A stretch of DNA of 60,467 nt, counting the filler, from Catajapyx aquilonaris (Eukaryota): the NCBI GenBank assembly GCA_000934665.2. It is 4 parts of 4 records of this genome, joined end to end, with 100 filler letters (N's around TTAATTAATTAA, not from the genome) between each part and the next. Parts side by side here need not be neighbours in the genome. Positions count along the whole stretch, not along the records: positions 45,446 to 60,467 come from JYFJ02007635.1; 3 more parts are not named here. The stretch is one strand, 5' to 3'. This document shows positions 45,446-59,773 of the stretch, piece after piece. The translations under genes were made by a program, and so were the position numbers. Under the pieces are notes generated by a model. It saw only the letters and a program-made list of their open reading frames with translations. It had not been told where the DNA came from and ran no database searches. Position 1 is the stretch's first letter. Each line of letters opens with the position of its first letter.

Positions 45446-48400
45446 CCCACCCCCCACTACCACCCTCGCTACTACCCACCCCCCCTTTTCCAACTGCTCT
45501 TCAGCTCGGGAAATATCGAATCTGGGACAGCGTCACTCGCTCGACCCAACAGCCTAACTGACCTACATTCGGAGCCTGGAGAGTCAGCTCCCCTGCGATG
45601 CACTCCAACCCAGGAAAAATCTTTCGCGTCAGGACGAATTATGAAATGTCCAGGAAGACATGGGGGCCACACCTAGTTTTTTTTTTTTCCGGAGTCTTTT
45701 GAAGGCATCCCAAGGTCGGACCACTGGATGTAAACATGTTGCCTATGGATCAATAATACGGCGGGGACTGGGAATAGGTAGAAAGCGGGTGGAGGGGAGG
45801 GATAGGAGGAGAGGAGGGGGAGGAAAAAAAGAGTAGATGACCTCTAACAGGAAGTGTCACGTTTGAAATTGTGTGAAAGTACGGCCAGAGGGTCATGACT
45901 GCTGGTATTTGCGAGGAAAAACCAAGTACAATATCACACAAAAAGATGGAGACGACTTTGCATTGATTAGTACTGCCGAGTGACCCCGATTCTGCACAGG
46001 TTTTTGCACATGGAAATGAGACGATGTTTTTTGAACCCAGGGTGCTGATTGCTTCGAAATAACATAATCTAGAAAACGCAATTAGAACCGCCGTGGTAAT
46101 GAGTCTGACGTGGCAGCCCAATCTAGAATCTAGCGCTGGGGAAATATGCCTATTATCCTCACACGGCCGTTAGGAAAAATAATGCAGACACTTTTTGTAC
46201 GGCTTACTAGAGCACACTGCAATTTACAAGTGGGTGTGTTTATGGCAGGTACTGGTACACTTCCCAACCACTCTTCATATTTTGACGGCGCGACATTCAA
46301 AAGGAATTCAAGTGGTTCAGTTAAGTGACTTGTATTCTTTTAGAAGGACGTCAACCAGTACAATGGGCGTGAAACAACCGCTCTGTAACAGTAAAGTGTC
46401 TACGGGATCATGAGGGCTGATGGAGTGGTAATGATGACATATTTCGAAGCGATAATTACGTCACATATGTAAGCAGCGGTTTGTCCACATCCTTGCAGAC
46501 ATGGCTTGTTTTACTGCATAATGTATGGAGCCCTGTCCTTGTAGGAATTGGATTTAATGGCGCGTAGAGGAAACATAAATTACGCGCTTCAGAGCGATAC
46601 CCCCGACAAATATATTACAAGAGTGATGCAGAAGGATTCATCGAATTAACATCCAGCGTTGATATGTGCACAGAAAAAAAATAGTGCACGTGCTGTTTGG
46701 ACCCTATTGTTCAAACGAAACATTTTTTTTTTTTGTACTTGTAATAACAAACCTTTCAGCAGGATTGGAAAAGCTGATTGTGTAATCATTATGGGACGTT
46801 ACACAATGAAAAACCGCAGTAATTATGTGTCCGCTTTTATTCCTGGAACGAGTCTATTTTTTCATCGTAATCTAATCACAGCCGGCGTTTTTAGATATCG
46901 GAGCAGTAACCACTAAGGAATAATATGGGCATTTTTTTTTGCGATAAAAATGATGACACGTCGAGTGTGATATGGGTGTGAAAAGACAGGAATCGCGCAT
47001 GATTAGCCAACTGGGGAAAGGAAAAAGAAGACACCGTCAAAGAAACGGCAATCATGCGTTATATTTTTGCAGGAAACTAACGTTGGTCCCGCATTTTCGT
47101 CGGGGTTTTGCCGTGAAGGTGTTGCCTTGGTTTACTGCTCCTCAACTTCCGGAAGGCATAAAAAAGAGCGGTTTTTTTGGGGAAGAAAATGACAATTTTA
47201 CATCGTGGCAGGTCCGCCCGTCGAACTGTACAGTCCCGAGCATAATGTGGACGGTACCGTCCACATCTTTATGCTCGTGACTGTACACATCGGGTCACTC
47301 TCCCATCAAGTTAGTACCGGTAAGCAAAGGCTGCGTGCCAGGCCAGTTAAGCAAGTTAATGTGGGAAATGTGGGGAAAAAAAGTACTGACCACCGCGGCT
47401 CAAACGGCGTCTATTTTAGCCTTGTACACATCGACTTGGGCGTGGTCTCGTCACTGAAATTGAGCGGGGTTGTAATGCAAATAATGTGTATAAGTTTGCA
47501 AGGCGGGGAGCACTGACCTGTACCGCTATGTGTTGTAGGGATGGGCAAAGTTAGGAAGAAAGTTGGGGGCTTGGAAAAATAGGCATGGATGTTAATGGCA
47601 ATTTTGCCGCATTAATGGACACCACTCAAAAGGCTGCGTCAAAAAATGCAAGGCCTTCATGGGCCTGACAAGAGCAAATTGCATTATGAGTATGGCGGTG
47701 ACAAAAACAATGTGGGAGTTGTGATGTTTTGAACCTTGCGCAAAATAGTTAATGTATTTATCCTTTAGTGCACTCCTACTGCATGTGGGTCATCCACATT
47801 TTCATAAGCTGGACGAGTGGCCCGACTGAACCAGATGAAAGCGGCTGTTAAAATGAAGCCTGAAGGGCTCAACTGGGGGTTCCTTTTACATAGCAACTAG
47901 TAGTGGAACGGCCATATTGGACAAGTCTTGGCAGCCCAGTAACGCACGAAATGTCCACTGTTCAGTATGAGCGTTCAGCACTGGACTTTTGTCTATATGT
48001 TAACATTCTTGAAATGTTAGGTCAGTGTGCGAAGAGAAACTATGTGACTACATAATAAGCTAATAATATAATCAGTAAGGCTGGGTTGCATAAGCAATGA
48101 GCAAGTAATCCTGTATGAATAACATGGGAACAGCCACTTGTTCCGGGTTTACCCTCTGTTTTAAATTTAACAATCTAAAATATGCATGCAGAGGTACATG
48201 ACATGAACAATTCACCTTCAGTTCTGTGAACATACCCTGAGCATTAGCGGGGTCAGAGTATTGGCAGTTGGTTTTCCGTGTTAGATAATTTTAATGATCT
48301 GGGTATAAATCTATAATTAGGTTGAGTGCATTGCACCACCTTGGGCAACAATCGAGCGGCATGACGTTTGTCATTTGATTCGGTGCAGCGGCTTGTGATG

Positions 48401-50906
48401 GATGCAAATTTTCAGCAGCTGTTTACAGCATCCACTGTAGGATGTTTAAATATTTCATTAATGGCACTGTAATGTGACCTTAGAGGATTGTCACACTTTG
48501 GTTTCCCACACACACTAGCTATCATGGTTTCCATGGCCAAGTTCAGCTGCCTACACTGGCACGTGAACAACACTTTCCGGTAACAGGTTTGCCTGTCTGG
48601 CAAATGGCGACTTGTGTAGCCAGATTGGGTTATCAAATGGTAAGAGGCTGTGCAAGGGTTCTGTCTGCAGGTGCAGTTTTGGTGTGAATACCATTGTGGT
48701 TTGAATTCAGGAGTATGCTATCTGCGGTGAACAAGTCCTGGACGGAAGGAATTCCATTGATAAAGAAGGGAATGGCGCACACACTTTGCTCAACTTGGGG
48801 CGTAGTAGTATTCCATGCATTTCCAAATGAGATTTTCTTGCGGGAAATAGAAAGCTGCCAAAGCGATAGGAAGAAATGTATGAAATGCACGATTGCTGCG
48901 TGAAGAAATGATGGAGTATTTTCTGGCATGCCACATACTGATAAAAATTCGGCAGTGACCTTATTGATCCGTACCAAGTATGAGCTGCGTGTTCAGATTT
49001 TTCTCAGTAGCACCGCCTTGATAACGTTTGTAGAAGAAATTCCTGGCAGTTCTGTAACATTAAGGGAAAATATGTAGGCTGATATTTTTTGTAGGTTATT
49101 GTTCTGGAAAAGTGAGCACAAACCAGCGTGTCTGGCCTGTTATAACATAGTGCAGTATGTTGTCCATGCGAGACATGTAGGTGCATAGGGTGCATTAATA
49201 GAAAGTGAAGGTGATGAATGATCTGTTGTGGGGTAAAAGATTCCACACTTTTTGATACTACTCGTGTGTGCCGCTCAATAAACTGAAACGATGTGTATTT
49301 AAGATATTTAAGGTAGCTTTATGCTGCAATGATCAGGTGCATAGAGTGCCCCAAAGTGTGGCTCGGTCTCACTGTAGGCTAGTGGCCTAGGTTGGTTAGC
49401 ACCACTGTTATGTGGCATTTGTTATAGTCACTTTAGATTTTCTCCTCTCCTGACTTTCTAGCAATCTACTACTCCAGTGCTCATGCCAAGTCATGTAACT
49501 TGCAGGGTGCATAGAATGCAGCTTTGCAGAGCAGGAGAGTGCTGTGGATGCACAGAATCTGCAGTGAATAATTAAGGGTAATGTTTTATGCAAATAGAGG
49601 CTTTACCACTGGTGATGCACCTTGGCAGAAGCAAAAGACACTGCTGAATTAATCACGAGTGAATGCATACTTTACATGCCAGTGTTTGCTTGACAGCGTC
49701 TTTAACACCAGACTCTCCACTAATGATGCATTTTTTGGTTGGTACCTTTGATAGAGGAGGATCCCAATAGGCATGCTGCAGTCATAACAATTCATAAGGA
49801 ACAGGGACTCCAACGCCATGAATTAATGCCACTCTCATGCTAACATTCCTGAATTGGCCACACACGTGAATAATTCTGCCATATACTGCAGTGCAACATG
49901 TTTTGCTGAATATTGGTGCCTGGCTGCCACTGTAAAATGCAGATCCCAGCTGCAATTCATGACACTACAATGCCAAGTAATTTCCGTCCATTTTAGCTAC
50001 TGAGCTGGTCCTGTGTATATCAACAAAAGCCTGTCCAAACATGAAAATTCCAACGCACAAGAGTGGTACCGTAGCTACGGGGCTCTCACTGACCTACATT
50101 GCTCGTCTATGGTACTGGGTCTATAGCACAGTATTGATCCATTGGAGTGCGGGGTAGGGATGCAGAGCGCATTAGAAATCTAAGCCAACCCGTCCCTGGG
50201 TTGGTTAACCTAAAGTCTGCAGAAAACCTTACAATTTGGACCATTATGTTTCCATGAAAGAGTGTTGGGTACAAGAAAATGTTGGGATGAAACCTGTACA
50301 GAGTGAGTCTAGTAAATGTTGGCCTGTGCATTAGACTAGTGGCAGGTGGAAACACTGGCATTGCCAAATGTAGCCTCTGATGCTGGTAGGCATATGAAGC
50401 ACATGTTTAATCTATATGAAGGTATTTGGGGAACTTGTTACTCTATGCCCACTAGGTCTCCATGTCTTCGTAGTTTCCACCCACCACCTTCTCTGAACTT
50501 CACCCATTCCGGACAACCCAAAATGATAACCGTGGGCGATGACAGTCACGCAGAAGCACATGCATTTTATTCAAAGTACTACAGAAATGAACATTTGCTA
50601 GGCATGGCCACTTTTGCATCTAGTCGCCCCGAGTGGGTGGTGTTTGGATCCAGAAGAGGGCAAGAGACGCCTTTAACAAACATTAAAAAATATGGTGACA
50701 GATTTCATGAGATGGCAGTGTAAGAGAGAATGTTGGTGAAAATATATGTGTGTGAGGTCTGGGTAAGATGTGGGATTGATGGCAGTACTGTTTCAGTGAC
50801 TAATCTTGCATAACACATTAATGTATTATGTGGTCAATTTTGTCAGTCTTGCAAGTTAATGTTATTTCTTTATTTTGTTACTTATTTTCGAATTATTTCA
50901 TTCCAG

Positions 50907-53900
50907 CAGTAGCACAACAGGCAAGATGGATAAACATCACAAACCCTGTGTATGCCCAGCCAGGCTCATCGGCAGTGATTGTGTGCCAAGCCAACATGCC
51001 ACTGCTGACTTGCAACCTGCAGGGCCCCAACGGCCAGACCTTCCAGACCCAGCAGGACATACCCATAGCCCCTCCAGTGGGGTACAGACAGGCGGGGAAG
51101 AACAACCAAGGCTTTTGCGGAGTTCAGATCGACAGGGCCTCAGAGAGGGACAATGGCAACTGGACATGCCAGGCCGTTCCTCAGGGAGCATTGGCCCTGT
51201 CGGCTGATATCAGTTTCTACGTCCTGAGTAAGTAAGCCTTAAGCATTGACTTGGTAGGAAAGCACAAGGAAATAACTTTTGCAGCAATGTTTGCAGAAGT
51301 AATATTGCATGTCTCATTCCCTAGAAAATATGAAGAATGACTTTGGGCTAAATCCACGCGTGACTTACATGACATGACATGACACAGTTTATGCATAGCT
51401 TTTAATTTTTTAAAGCACAAACTTAGCATTTAAGGAAAGGGTGTTTAAACAGAAATAGGCAGTATGTATCTAAGTGTTAATTATTTTTTTGATTTTAACA
51501 GTTGCACATTTATTTGAGTTATGTAAATATGTAAAGGAATTTGTGACTTACACGACAAGAAAGTCACTGGTAACAGAGGCTTCAGATATGAATGTAAAAT
51601 TCTTTACATTTATGACTTTAATGTTAGTGTTATTGGGGTGAGGATATTTTCAAAGACCCAAATTAAAATAATATTATGTGACTTGGTGTTATGTTATTAA
51701 TTTTATAAGAAATAAATGATTTCTTTCCTAACTTACACGACACTTGAAATGTGACGTACACGACACTTGTGTCCTCATTGCTTTCTGATTAGATTCATGA
51801 GAAGAATTTTGGATTATTAGGACAGAACCAAAGTAATCTCTTATTACATGTTATTTTATGAAGATATTTAAATGAGAGGCCTACATGAGAATGTGCAGGG
51901 CTACAATTATTAAAATTAACATTTGAACATGTATAATTCATATATAATGTGTGTACCTAAGCAGACAGCAGTGGATTCATTGTATTGTCATGTGAGATGG
52001 CCAGGTGTGATACCTGATGATCATCGCTGGCAACCCTATCATGGGATATAATGCCATAAAGGCGGAATGTGTATGTAGGCTACTACAATGTACGTAGTCT
52101 ATATGTGTATAAATGGTCTATAAATTGGTACAACTTGCCCAACAAATCATGCAGTGAGTTCTGTCCATTACATTTGCAGCCAATCCAGTTATCTGCTTTG
52201 TTATCTGGAAAACTAAAAGCAGATTCACTACAATTTGTAGATTCTGCAGGCAAATTACACATCTGGGATGAATTAGCTCTAGGAATACCGGAAGTTCGTG
52301 GCACAATGTCTTTAGTCTATGGAAAAATAAACAATATATAAAACAAAAAAATTAAAGCACTGGAAATAAGAGAATGTTCTAGTTCATGTCCAAGTGTACT
52401 GAAATAATGAGATTTTCTTAGTCAGTAAAATGAACGTCTTTTCTAGTAGGAGTTCACATTTCATCAAGCGTTGCTATTCTTTCAATATCCTTTGATTCAG
52501 TGAATATAATATTAATATTAGGATAAACTCTGTGGGCAACTTCTGTAAATTCTCCAGCTATGTTTGGATCGAACTGTCTGGCATTGATGGCTTGTCAAAC
52601 TCTACATTTTACCTTCAAAGCGTCTCTCACTAAAAGTCACCGATTTAAAAAAAAAATTACACCTTTCTTTTTGCCTTTCCAATGCACTCATCTAGGACAT
52701 CTCATACTTCCCTTCTTGCTGTAACTACGACATTTGCTTTAACTACGACATTTGCTTTTTCTTCCATTCCACTCCGGTAAGTGCCATCTTACCAGCCGGG
52801 AAACAATAGTGACAGTGGCATCCAAGTGGAAACATGACTGACACGACAAAAATTAAATGGCCATAACAATGTTCAGGCAAAAATTACCTCAAAATTATTA
52901 TTATTATTTATAGGGTATTACTGTGTAGTGAGACGGTAATTAATATGAACTTTTAGATTTTGGTACTACAGCTGCAAATTTAAAAAATGTCAAAAAATTG
53001 TGACTTACACGACACACAAAGATGGTATATAAACTAGCTAATTTTTATGCTGAATAAGTCATTGTAATGCAAAGATAAATATATAGTATATTCATCCAGT
53101 TCTTATGTGATAGAAATCACAGTTTACTACATGAAAAACATTAGTTTACTTGTTGAATTATGAAGATTTTTACGGAGCCTTAGAACAAAGAAATTTGCAC
53201 ACCCGCCATATTGGAAATAAACAGTGTTGTTAGCTTGAATGCATGTGACAATTTTCTAATATCTGTTCACAAATAAAAAAATACACAATCTCAGCTTTCA
53301 GGAAAGACCATGATATCGTAGAAATTATTCATTTTAAAATCTGACCCTGATGTATACTTTTGCATGGAATTAGCCTTTGATAACTTAAAATAGTTTATAG
53401 CAACATCCAGGAATGTATAACAAGCACACTGCTCAGCTGAAGGGTTTCATAATTCCTTTGCTACCTAGGTGTATCCCATTAAGAAAAGAAATATTGTTTT
53501 TGATGCATCAGAAACTTAACTGAAGTGGTGCTGTAGTGACACTTCGGCCTATGAAAGAGCAGTGACCCTCCCATGTTAACTGAAGAAAGGTATTTTAAGT
53601 AAATGTGTCGCACTCGGCAATTTGTGGTAGTTGACAAAGTATCCAGTGCCATGCAAAAGACTTGACATGGAATAAGGGAATAGGCATGTTTTAAAATGTT
53701 AGTGCACTGTGATTGTGCACTGAAGATATATAGGGGAGTGAAAGATAAGTGACTCACTTTTTCCAGCGTAGATGTTGACTGTGTCAAGAACATGAAGTAC
53801 AAGTCTTAGTGATCAAGTATTATATGATTAGTCGATTAGAAAGAGTAAATGGAGTGCAAAGGAAGGTGAAAATGTGGAGGCAGAAAATGTTCCTTTAGTG

Positions 53901-55315
53901 ATGGTAGTGAATAAAATATTATGGCCAAAGTGCTGGACATGAAAAATCCTGCATGTCTTAAACAATTTATTGGAGAATGGGTATAGATACATCTAGTCCA
54001 AGGAAAATGAGGATCATAGAAGAGAACTCTTTATGATTGCTACTCATTGAAGTATAAATGGCAAAGGATTTTCAGGGAAGTCATTGCAGACATGTGAAGT
54101 TACCAATTTTTATACATGATAGTACATATCAAGGAATATCTGACAGTATTTTAGTTTTATGCCCTTGTTGTAAAAACTCGTCAGCATTGACCACTATTAC
54201 TGGTACATGTGTGACATTTTGTGCCTGCTTCGCCCATCATTGTATATTCATTAAATTGCACATGTATCCTTTGTCATGGACAATATTCCTGCTGCTGTTC
54301 CAGCGTGTCGTCAGGCCTAACTTGACCACCATGCATGAAAACAATTTTAGGGTCTTTCTAATTCTGCATTTCGTGTATTTTTAAATTGTTTAGTTAAAGG
54401 AAACTGACAACTACAGTACATGTATGACAACAGTTATGACATTGTGTGAAACAATCTTGGTATGGTGTATCTTTTACTCAAAAGCAAAGCAAGGAGTGCA
54501 ATTACCTATGTTGTCATTGTTATTGTGTTTGCCTTGTTGGTGACATTAGTCCAAACTTTTAAAAATCGATTATAGTTTGTGGGCACCAGTAGGTGGTATT
54601 AAGTCACAGGGAGAAATCCTTCCTGACAATTATGTGAGGTGTGATAGCAATTTTGTAAGTCCGGCAACAAGGATTGTGTGAGTGACACCCACTTAGAAAT
54701 GAGAGTGACTTTAAAAAGCAGCGAAGCACTGTTATAATTCATCACAATGTAATACAAAAGTTGACTTTTTAATATAAACTTTAGAATTTCCAAATCCATG
54801 AAAAACTCGGACTTTCTCATTTTCACAGTTGACTGGTTCATTTTTTATGGTGGTAGAATAAAAAAAGTGTCTTTCACCTGGAAAAAAATGTGAGAAATTT
54901 TGTCCACAGGATAATCGTAATGTAGGTGGGATTTGGCTTTCCAACAAGTATAATGTGATGTTAGAATGCTGATTTCATTGTGATTTTTGTGATGACATTC
55001 TGGTAGGTGTGGATGCTGCCTTGGTAAATGTAGTGCAGTGACTGCAAGGAATTGAATTATAATTGTGCAGCACACCAGTTTAAGTCAATAGTTATACATT
55101 TAATAGGCACAGATCAAACGGTCTTTTTCATTTTCTAATATGGTTACGGTGATATCACAGTATGTGTCTTGATTTTGTAGAGAAGCCCCAGAGCATCTCC
55201 TTCACCCAGAAGGGTCCCCTTGAAGTGAGCAACTTGGACAGTCGGCGAGACAAGGCACACATTGGATGTGTAGTGTATGGAGGCAGGCCACCTGCAAACC
55301 TCTCCTGGTACATTG
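50907..55315 (+). CDS. Two internal exons of a fasciclin-3-like Ig-superfamily adhesion protein (partial)
   Basis: Phase 1-1 exons 50907-51227 (AVIVC...GFCGVQIDRASERDNGNWTC) and 55181-55315 (IGCVVYGGRPPANLSWYIG) with canonical splice sites. First and later exons not found. Confidence 0.75.
51346..53375 (-). mobile_element. Decayed ~2.0 kb DNA transposon with 4-bp TSD (Sola-like)
   Basis: TTTG|GGCTAAATCCACGC...GCATGGAATTAGCC|TTTG; repeated subterminal GTGACTTACACGAC; stop-interrupted minus-strand peptide VKCRV*QAINAR...EFTEVAHRVYPNINI...LDEM*. The superfamily call is from memory. Confidence 0.55.
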
Positions 55316-56386
55316 GTGAGTTCCATTACACATATTTTGATGTGACAGAAGTTTATATTGCCTCAGGTGTTGGTCAAAGGTCATATTTGTACACTTTGTT
55401 ATTTTTTAATTGGTGAAGAGATTGCTTTGCCATAACAATACCGTGGGGAAAGAAAACGCAAGAAAGTGTGTGAGGGTAGTACAGTATGCAACTTCAAATC
55501 CAAAGAAAATATTGACTGTTTTTGAGTGCTGTAAAATAGGATGGCAGGAATTTGGTACTGACCTGGAGTTTTCATTGCCTATTTGGCATGCCTGTACCTT
55601 TACTTGAAGAACCAGGTAGTGATGAAAATAATTATTCGACACACATGTAGTGCCAGTAGTATTGAACATGGTTCAGGTCTGGAGGCTAATCAACCACAGC
55701 TGATTCATACATCACAAGACTGAAGTGAGCCCATTATTTCTGAATTTTCTTCAGATGGTTGGGAGATTGATTATCTATCTGAACAACATTTAGGTGGATA
55801 GATTACAGAAAGCTGCCGTCAACTATTTGAAAGTTCAATAACAGACATTGTTGACTACAAAAGGAAATTGGGAGCTTTTTGTAAGTGAGTGTTTACAGAA
55901 TGTGGGGTCATAGATCTTGAGGAGGTATGCAGTGGATATCTGAATGCCTTACAAATGAGAAAACATGGCAAGGAAATTGCTAGAAAAATGCCATGCTTCA
56001 AAGTGCATTGTTTATGCAGGTACTTAAGAGTAAATGTAGTCCCTTATTTTTTACTTGGCTTATACATAGCATTGTTAGGATTATGGGGAATTTAAGACAT
56101 CTCCATTCACAATTGTCAATGAAATAATACTGGTACCTCCTTATGTAGGAGGATATGAATGTAATCGTAATGGTGTAATCGTCATGAACAATTCACTACA
56201 TGCCATGTACTCTTTAACTGGACCTTTTGCAAAATCCAGAGAAGGAACAACTTGTGCAACTGTCCCAGGTTACCCCCTGACATGATACATGATATGTTTG
56301 TTAATGTTGCCAAGGAAGAGAGTATGTGATCGATTCTTTCAGTACTCAGAAGAATGTCATTATGTAGCTAAAACTGCCTAATTATA

Positions 56387-57075
56387 CAGGGTGTCCCACA
56401 AATTACGCTACCCAGAATTACATTAATAACTGTAACACAAATGAAGATATTGCAACGAAATTTGAACTCAAGCAACCGCAACACGTAGAAATGAATTGGA
56501 ATGGATCTGTGAAATGTGGGTGCTGTAATACTGATGCTGGAGCGACGAATCGGCCAGACGACATCTTAGAAGTGGCGCGCGGCTGATGTCCTTGCTTCCT
56601 GATCCAAACGATGTGGAACTTTCGACTGGATATTTTCAACAGGATGGGGCGACATGCCACACATCACATGTCAGCATGGCCGAAATAAAGTCCTTCTTCG
56701 GCGACCAAGTCATTTCGAAGGGACTGTGGCCACCGCGGTCGCCCGATCTTACGCGCCACCTGATTACTTCTTATGGGGCTTTCTGAAAGGAAGAGTGTAC
56801 CGCAACAATCCACGGTCCATCCAGGCCTTGAAGGACAACATCGTCCAGGAAATTCAGGCAGTACCGCAGGATATGCTGGCCAGAACATTCCAAAATATGT
56901 CGCGCTGTGTTGAGACCTGCCTGGCCGCTAAAGGTGGCCATTTCCAACACATGTTGTGATGCCATTTCAAATCACACATGACAAGGTTAGTTAAGTTCAA
57001 ATTTCGTTGCAATATCTTCATTTGCGTTGATGTTATGGAAGTAATTCTGGGTAGCGTAATATGTGGGCCACCCTG
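56387..57075 (+). mobile_element. Internally deleted Tc1/mariner element with a DDxD transposase C-terminal remnant
   Basis: TA|CAGGGTG...CACCCTG|TA with ~80-bp TIRs; FQQDGATCH...WPPRSPDLT, a 2-nt frameshift, then PPDYFLWGFLKGRVY...GGHFQHML. Confidence 0.92.
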
Positions 57076-58104
57076 TACATTCAACTTTCATATGATGGTA
57101 GATGGCGTAACAAATGTTTTAAGGCAAGATCTCAGATGTGAAGTTCAGTTTACATAGGGCCTTCTTCCACTAACCTACTTGGTTGTGTGAAATGTGACAT
57201 AACTGTTGATAAAATATCATCAGTGGACATACTGAGTTGAGTGGAGGGAATAAGTTTGGCTAGACCTACTCAATGTTGTCAATTGGTGCAAAATACAGTT
57301 GAAATGTAGGGACACAAAATGTCCATGGGCAACCATGACCTTCACATAAGCGCCTAAGGAGGCGTCTTGGCAACCGGCCTCCTGGCGGACTGCACATGGC
57401 CCTTTTGAGACATTGCACTTGCACCTGTGTCCCCTCCCAACTCCCCCCATCCTTACCCTACATCCTTAATGTCCTTGCACAGTTACTGAAGAAAGACAGA
57501 AAATCAATCCTGATGGCGGTAATCCACCCCTCTAAAAGGGCTTCGTTCCCTCTAATGGGGTAAACAAACAAAAAAACAAAAACAAAAACAAAAAAAACCC
57601 TATAAAACTATTTCAGTCAATATTAGTGATAACTAAAAAAGACCCATGAACTCGGAACACTGTATTTGTGGTAACAATAGGTTAGCAGTACTGGAGAGAA
57701 AATCCTTATTTAAAAATGAATCCTTGGAAGCTATCACAAATGAAACGATAGAGATGGTGGTGATGCCATGGGATCACTGAATATTTAATGACTGCTTTCC
57801 TGACCAAACCATTATCTTTGGTGAATCCAGTTTTTGTTTTTAGCTGATAATAATTTTTATCTAGCTCCTGAACAGCAAGTTGCCATAGAAAGACTTAAGT
57901 GTCCAACAAAAGAATGTAAATTTTCTAACCTTCTGCATGCTACTTTGTAAGAGAGCTGGATAGTTTTGCTCTTGCACCTGCTTATAGACCACTATACATA
58001 CTCCAGTTGATTAGCTTATAGTGGTTAAGATTTTTAAAAATATATAAGCTGCTTATTATAAAGCAGTTCATTTTCAATTATAAAGAGGCTTTTTGTTAAT
58101 ATTA

Positions 58105-58605
58105 CGACGCCTAAGGATTATATTGTCATATGTCCATTGTTAAAACGTGGACATATGACAATACAGGGTGTATCTGAACTCGGTGCCCTGACGTATATGA
58201 CTGCCTTCCTAGCCACCAGAGGATCGATTTAAGTATAGGAATCATTATGTTTAGCCGCCGCATTACGGAGATACACTCTTTAGCGATTTTTGCCTAATTG
58301 CTCCTTCTGACTTTTAAATATAATTTTCTGGTGTAACTAGCCAAAGAGGCCTTACCACCTGTGGGCAACAAACCAACAAAGTCCCGCCCCCAGACCTTCG
58401 AGAGCCTTCTGACTGGGGGAGGGTTCGATGGGTGGCCTAACCGACAGGATATTTTGTACTACATGTTTGCGGCCAATTATCTCCGTAATGAGGCTGCCCA
58501 GACATATGACTCCTATACTTAAATCGATCCTCTGGTGGCTAGGAAGGCAGTCATATACGTCGGGGCACTGAGTTCAGATACACCCTGTATAATCCTTAGG
58601 CGTCG
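58105..58605. mobile_element. Nested palindromic elements: outer 16-bp IR, 39-bp hairpin and Tc1-type MITE
   Basis: CGACGCCTAAGGATTA (58105-58120), TA, hairpin 58123-58161, TA, CAGGGTG...CACCCTG (58164-58587, ~110-bp TIRs), TA, TAATCCTTAGGCGTCG (58590-58605). Confidence 0.85.
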
Positions 58606-59773
58606 ATTAGGCAGCACCAAAGTATCCTATCAAGCCATGAATTGCAATGAATTAAGACATTGGGAATAACCTGTTCTGATCCAATGGTATCTGAACCAAA
58701 GGGTTGAATACATTTTTCTCAACTTGGGTGCTCTTGTAGGGGTTAAAGAGGATATCCCCATTTGACCTCATATAAGCACCTGTTATTTTTGATAGCCAAT
58801 GAAAGTAATTCTGGAAGCGACTGTTGAAAAATAACTAGCTTAGTGTCAACCTGTTCTTACGCACTGTTCTGGAAATCCACAAATGAAGTTTTAAAACAGG
58901 TATTCTTATTTACACTTATTATAATTACTTGCTTCAAAATGAAGGGCATTGGGGCTGTTCTTGATATAAATTTGGTAGGTTACTGTTGTGCATATTATTA
59001 AATATTGGCTGCAAGGCGTGACTTTGCAACTTGCAATTCAGAAAAAAGTTACATGTAAGTTAACCCATTTTCATAGGAACCCTTCACTTCCTAACCACTA
59101 CTGCACTACAGTTGAACATAACTGTCTATGGGCTGGCATTTGTTATTTGATGGCTGGAACCACCAACTGGACATGGCTGATCTCACTTCTCAGTGTTCCC
59201 TACAGTTAGGTTGGCCAGTCGGAATTTTCATAGGTACAAAATTAAATTGTGGTAACTACGTAATTAAAACTGCACCAAAACTGTTCATACTATTTGAGTA
59301 GTGTGGGATTATCTTATGGGAAGCATTTCCATCATGGAGTAGTTACATGAATACTGCGACGCCAAATATATAATTTGTGTGTGTCAGTAGTCGCTAGTGA
59401 AATCAGCAGCTGGCAACGGAATGGCAACAGGGCAGGAGTTGCTATCAGAAAATGCATCCCTAGTACAATCATTGCGTAGATTTGTGATGTCATTCACTCT
59501 GCTTTCCATTGCAACCTGCAGTTCCAAGTTGACAAACTGTTTCCCGTTTGAGGTAGATGTGTCTGACTACATCCTACTGTGCGTGGGTGGGTGGGTGTGG
59601 AATGTGATTGGGGAGCTATTATTGGGAGAAATGGGCCAGACTGGAGTGGACACATCCAACAATGGGGCAGGATGAAAAATGATGTATGCCTTGCTGCAGT
59701 TGTGCATGTGCCCTTTCTGCTATTTTCTCATTGAGATATACCAGTGGGAAGGCGCTCGTGCAATTGGAGTGAG

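Noticed and set aside
47536..50000. Possible decayed hAT (TAGGGATGGGC start, CNALNL and SAERS-like fragments)
   Set aside because: Fragments are short and scattered, with no right TIR or TSD; needs a translated search.
50346..50723. 125-aa ORF upstream of the Ig exon
   Set aside because: No signal peptide, domain or convincing splice link to the Ig exon.
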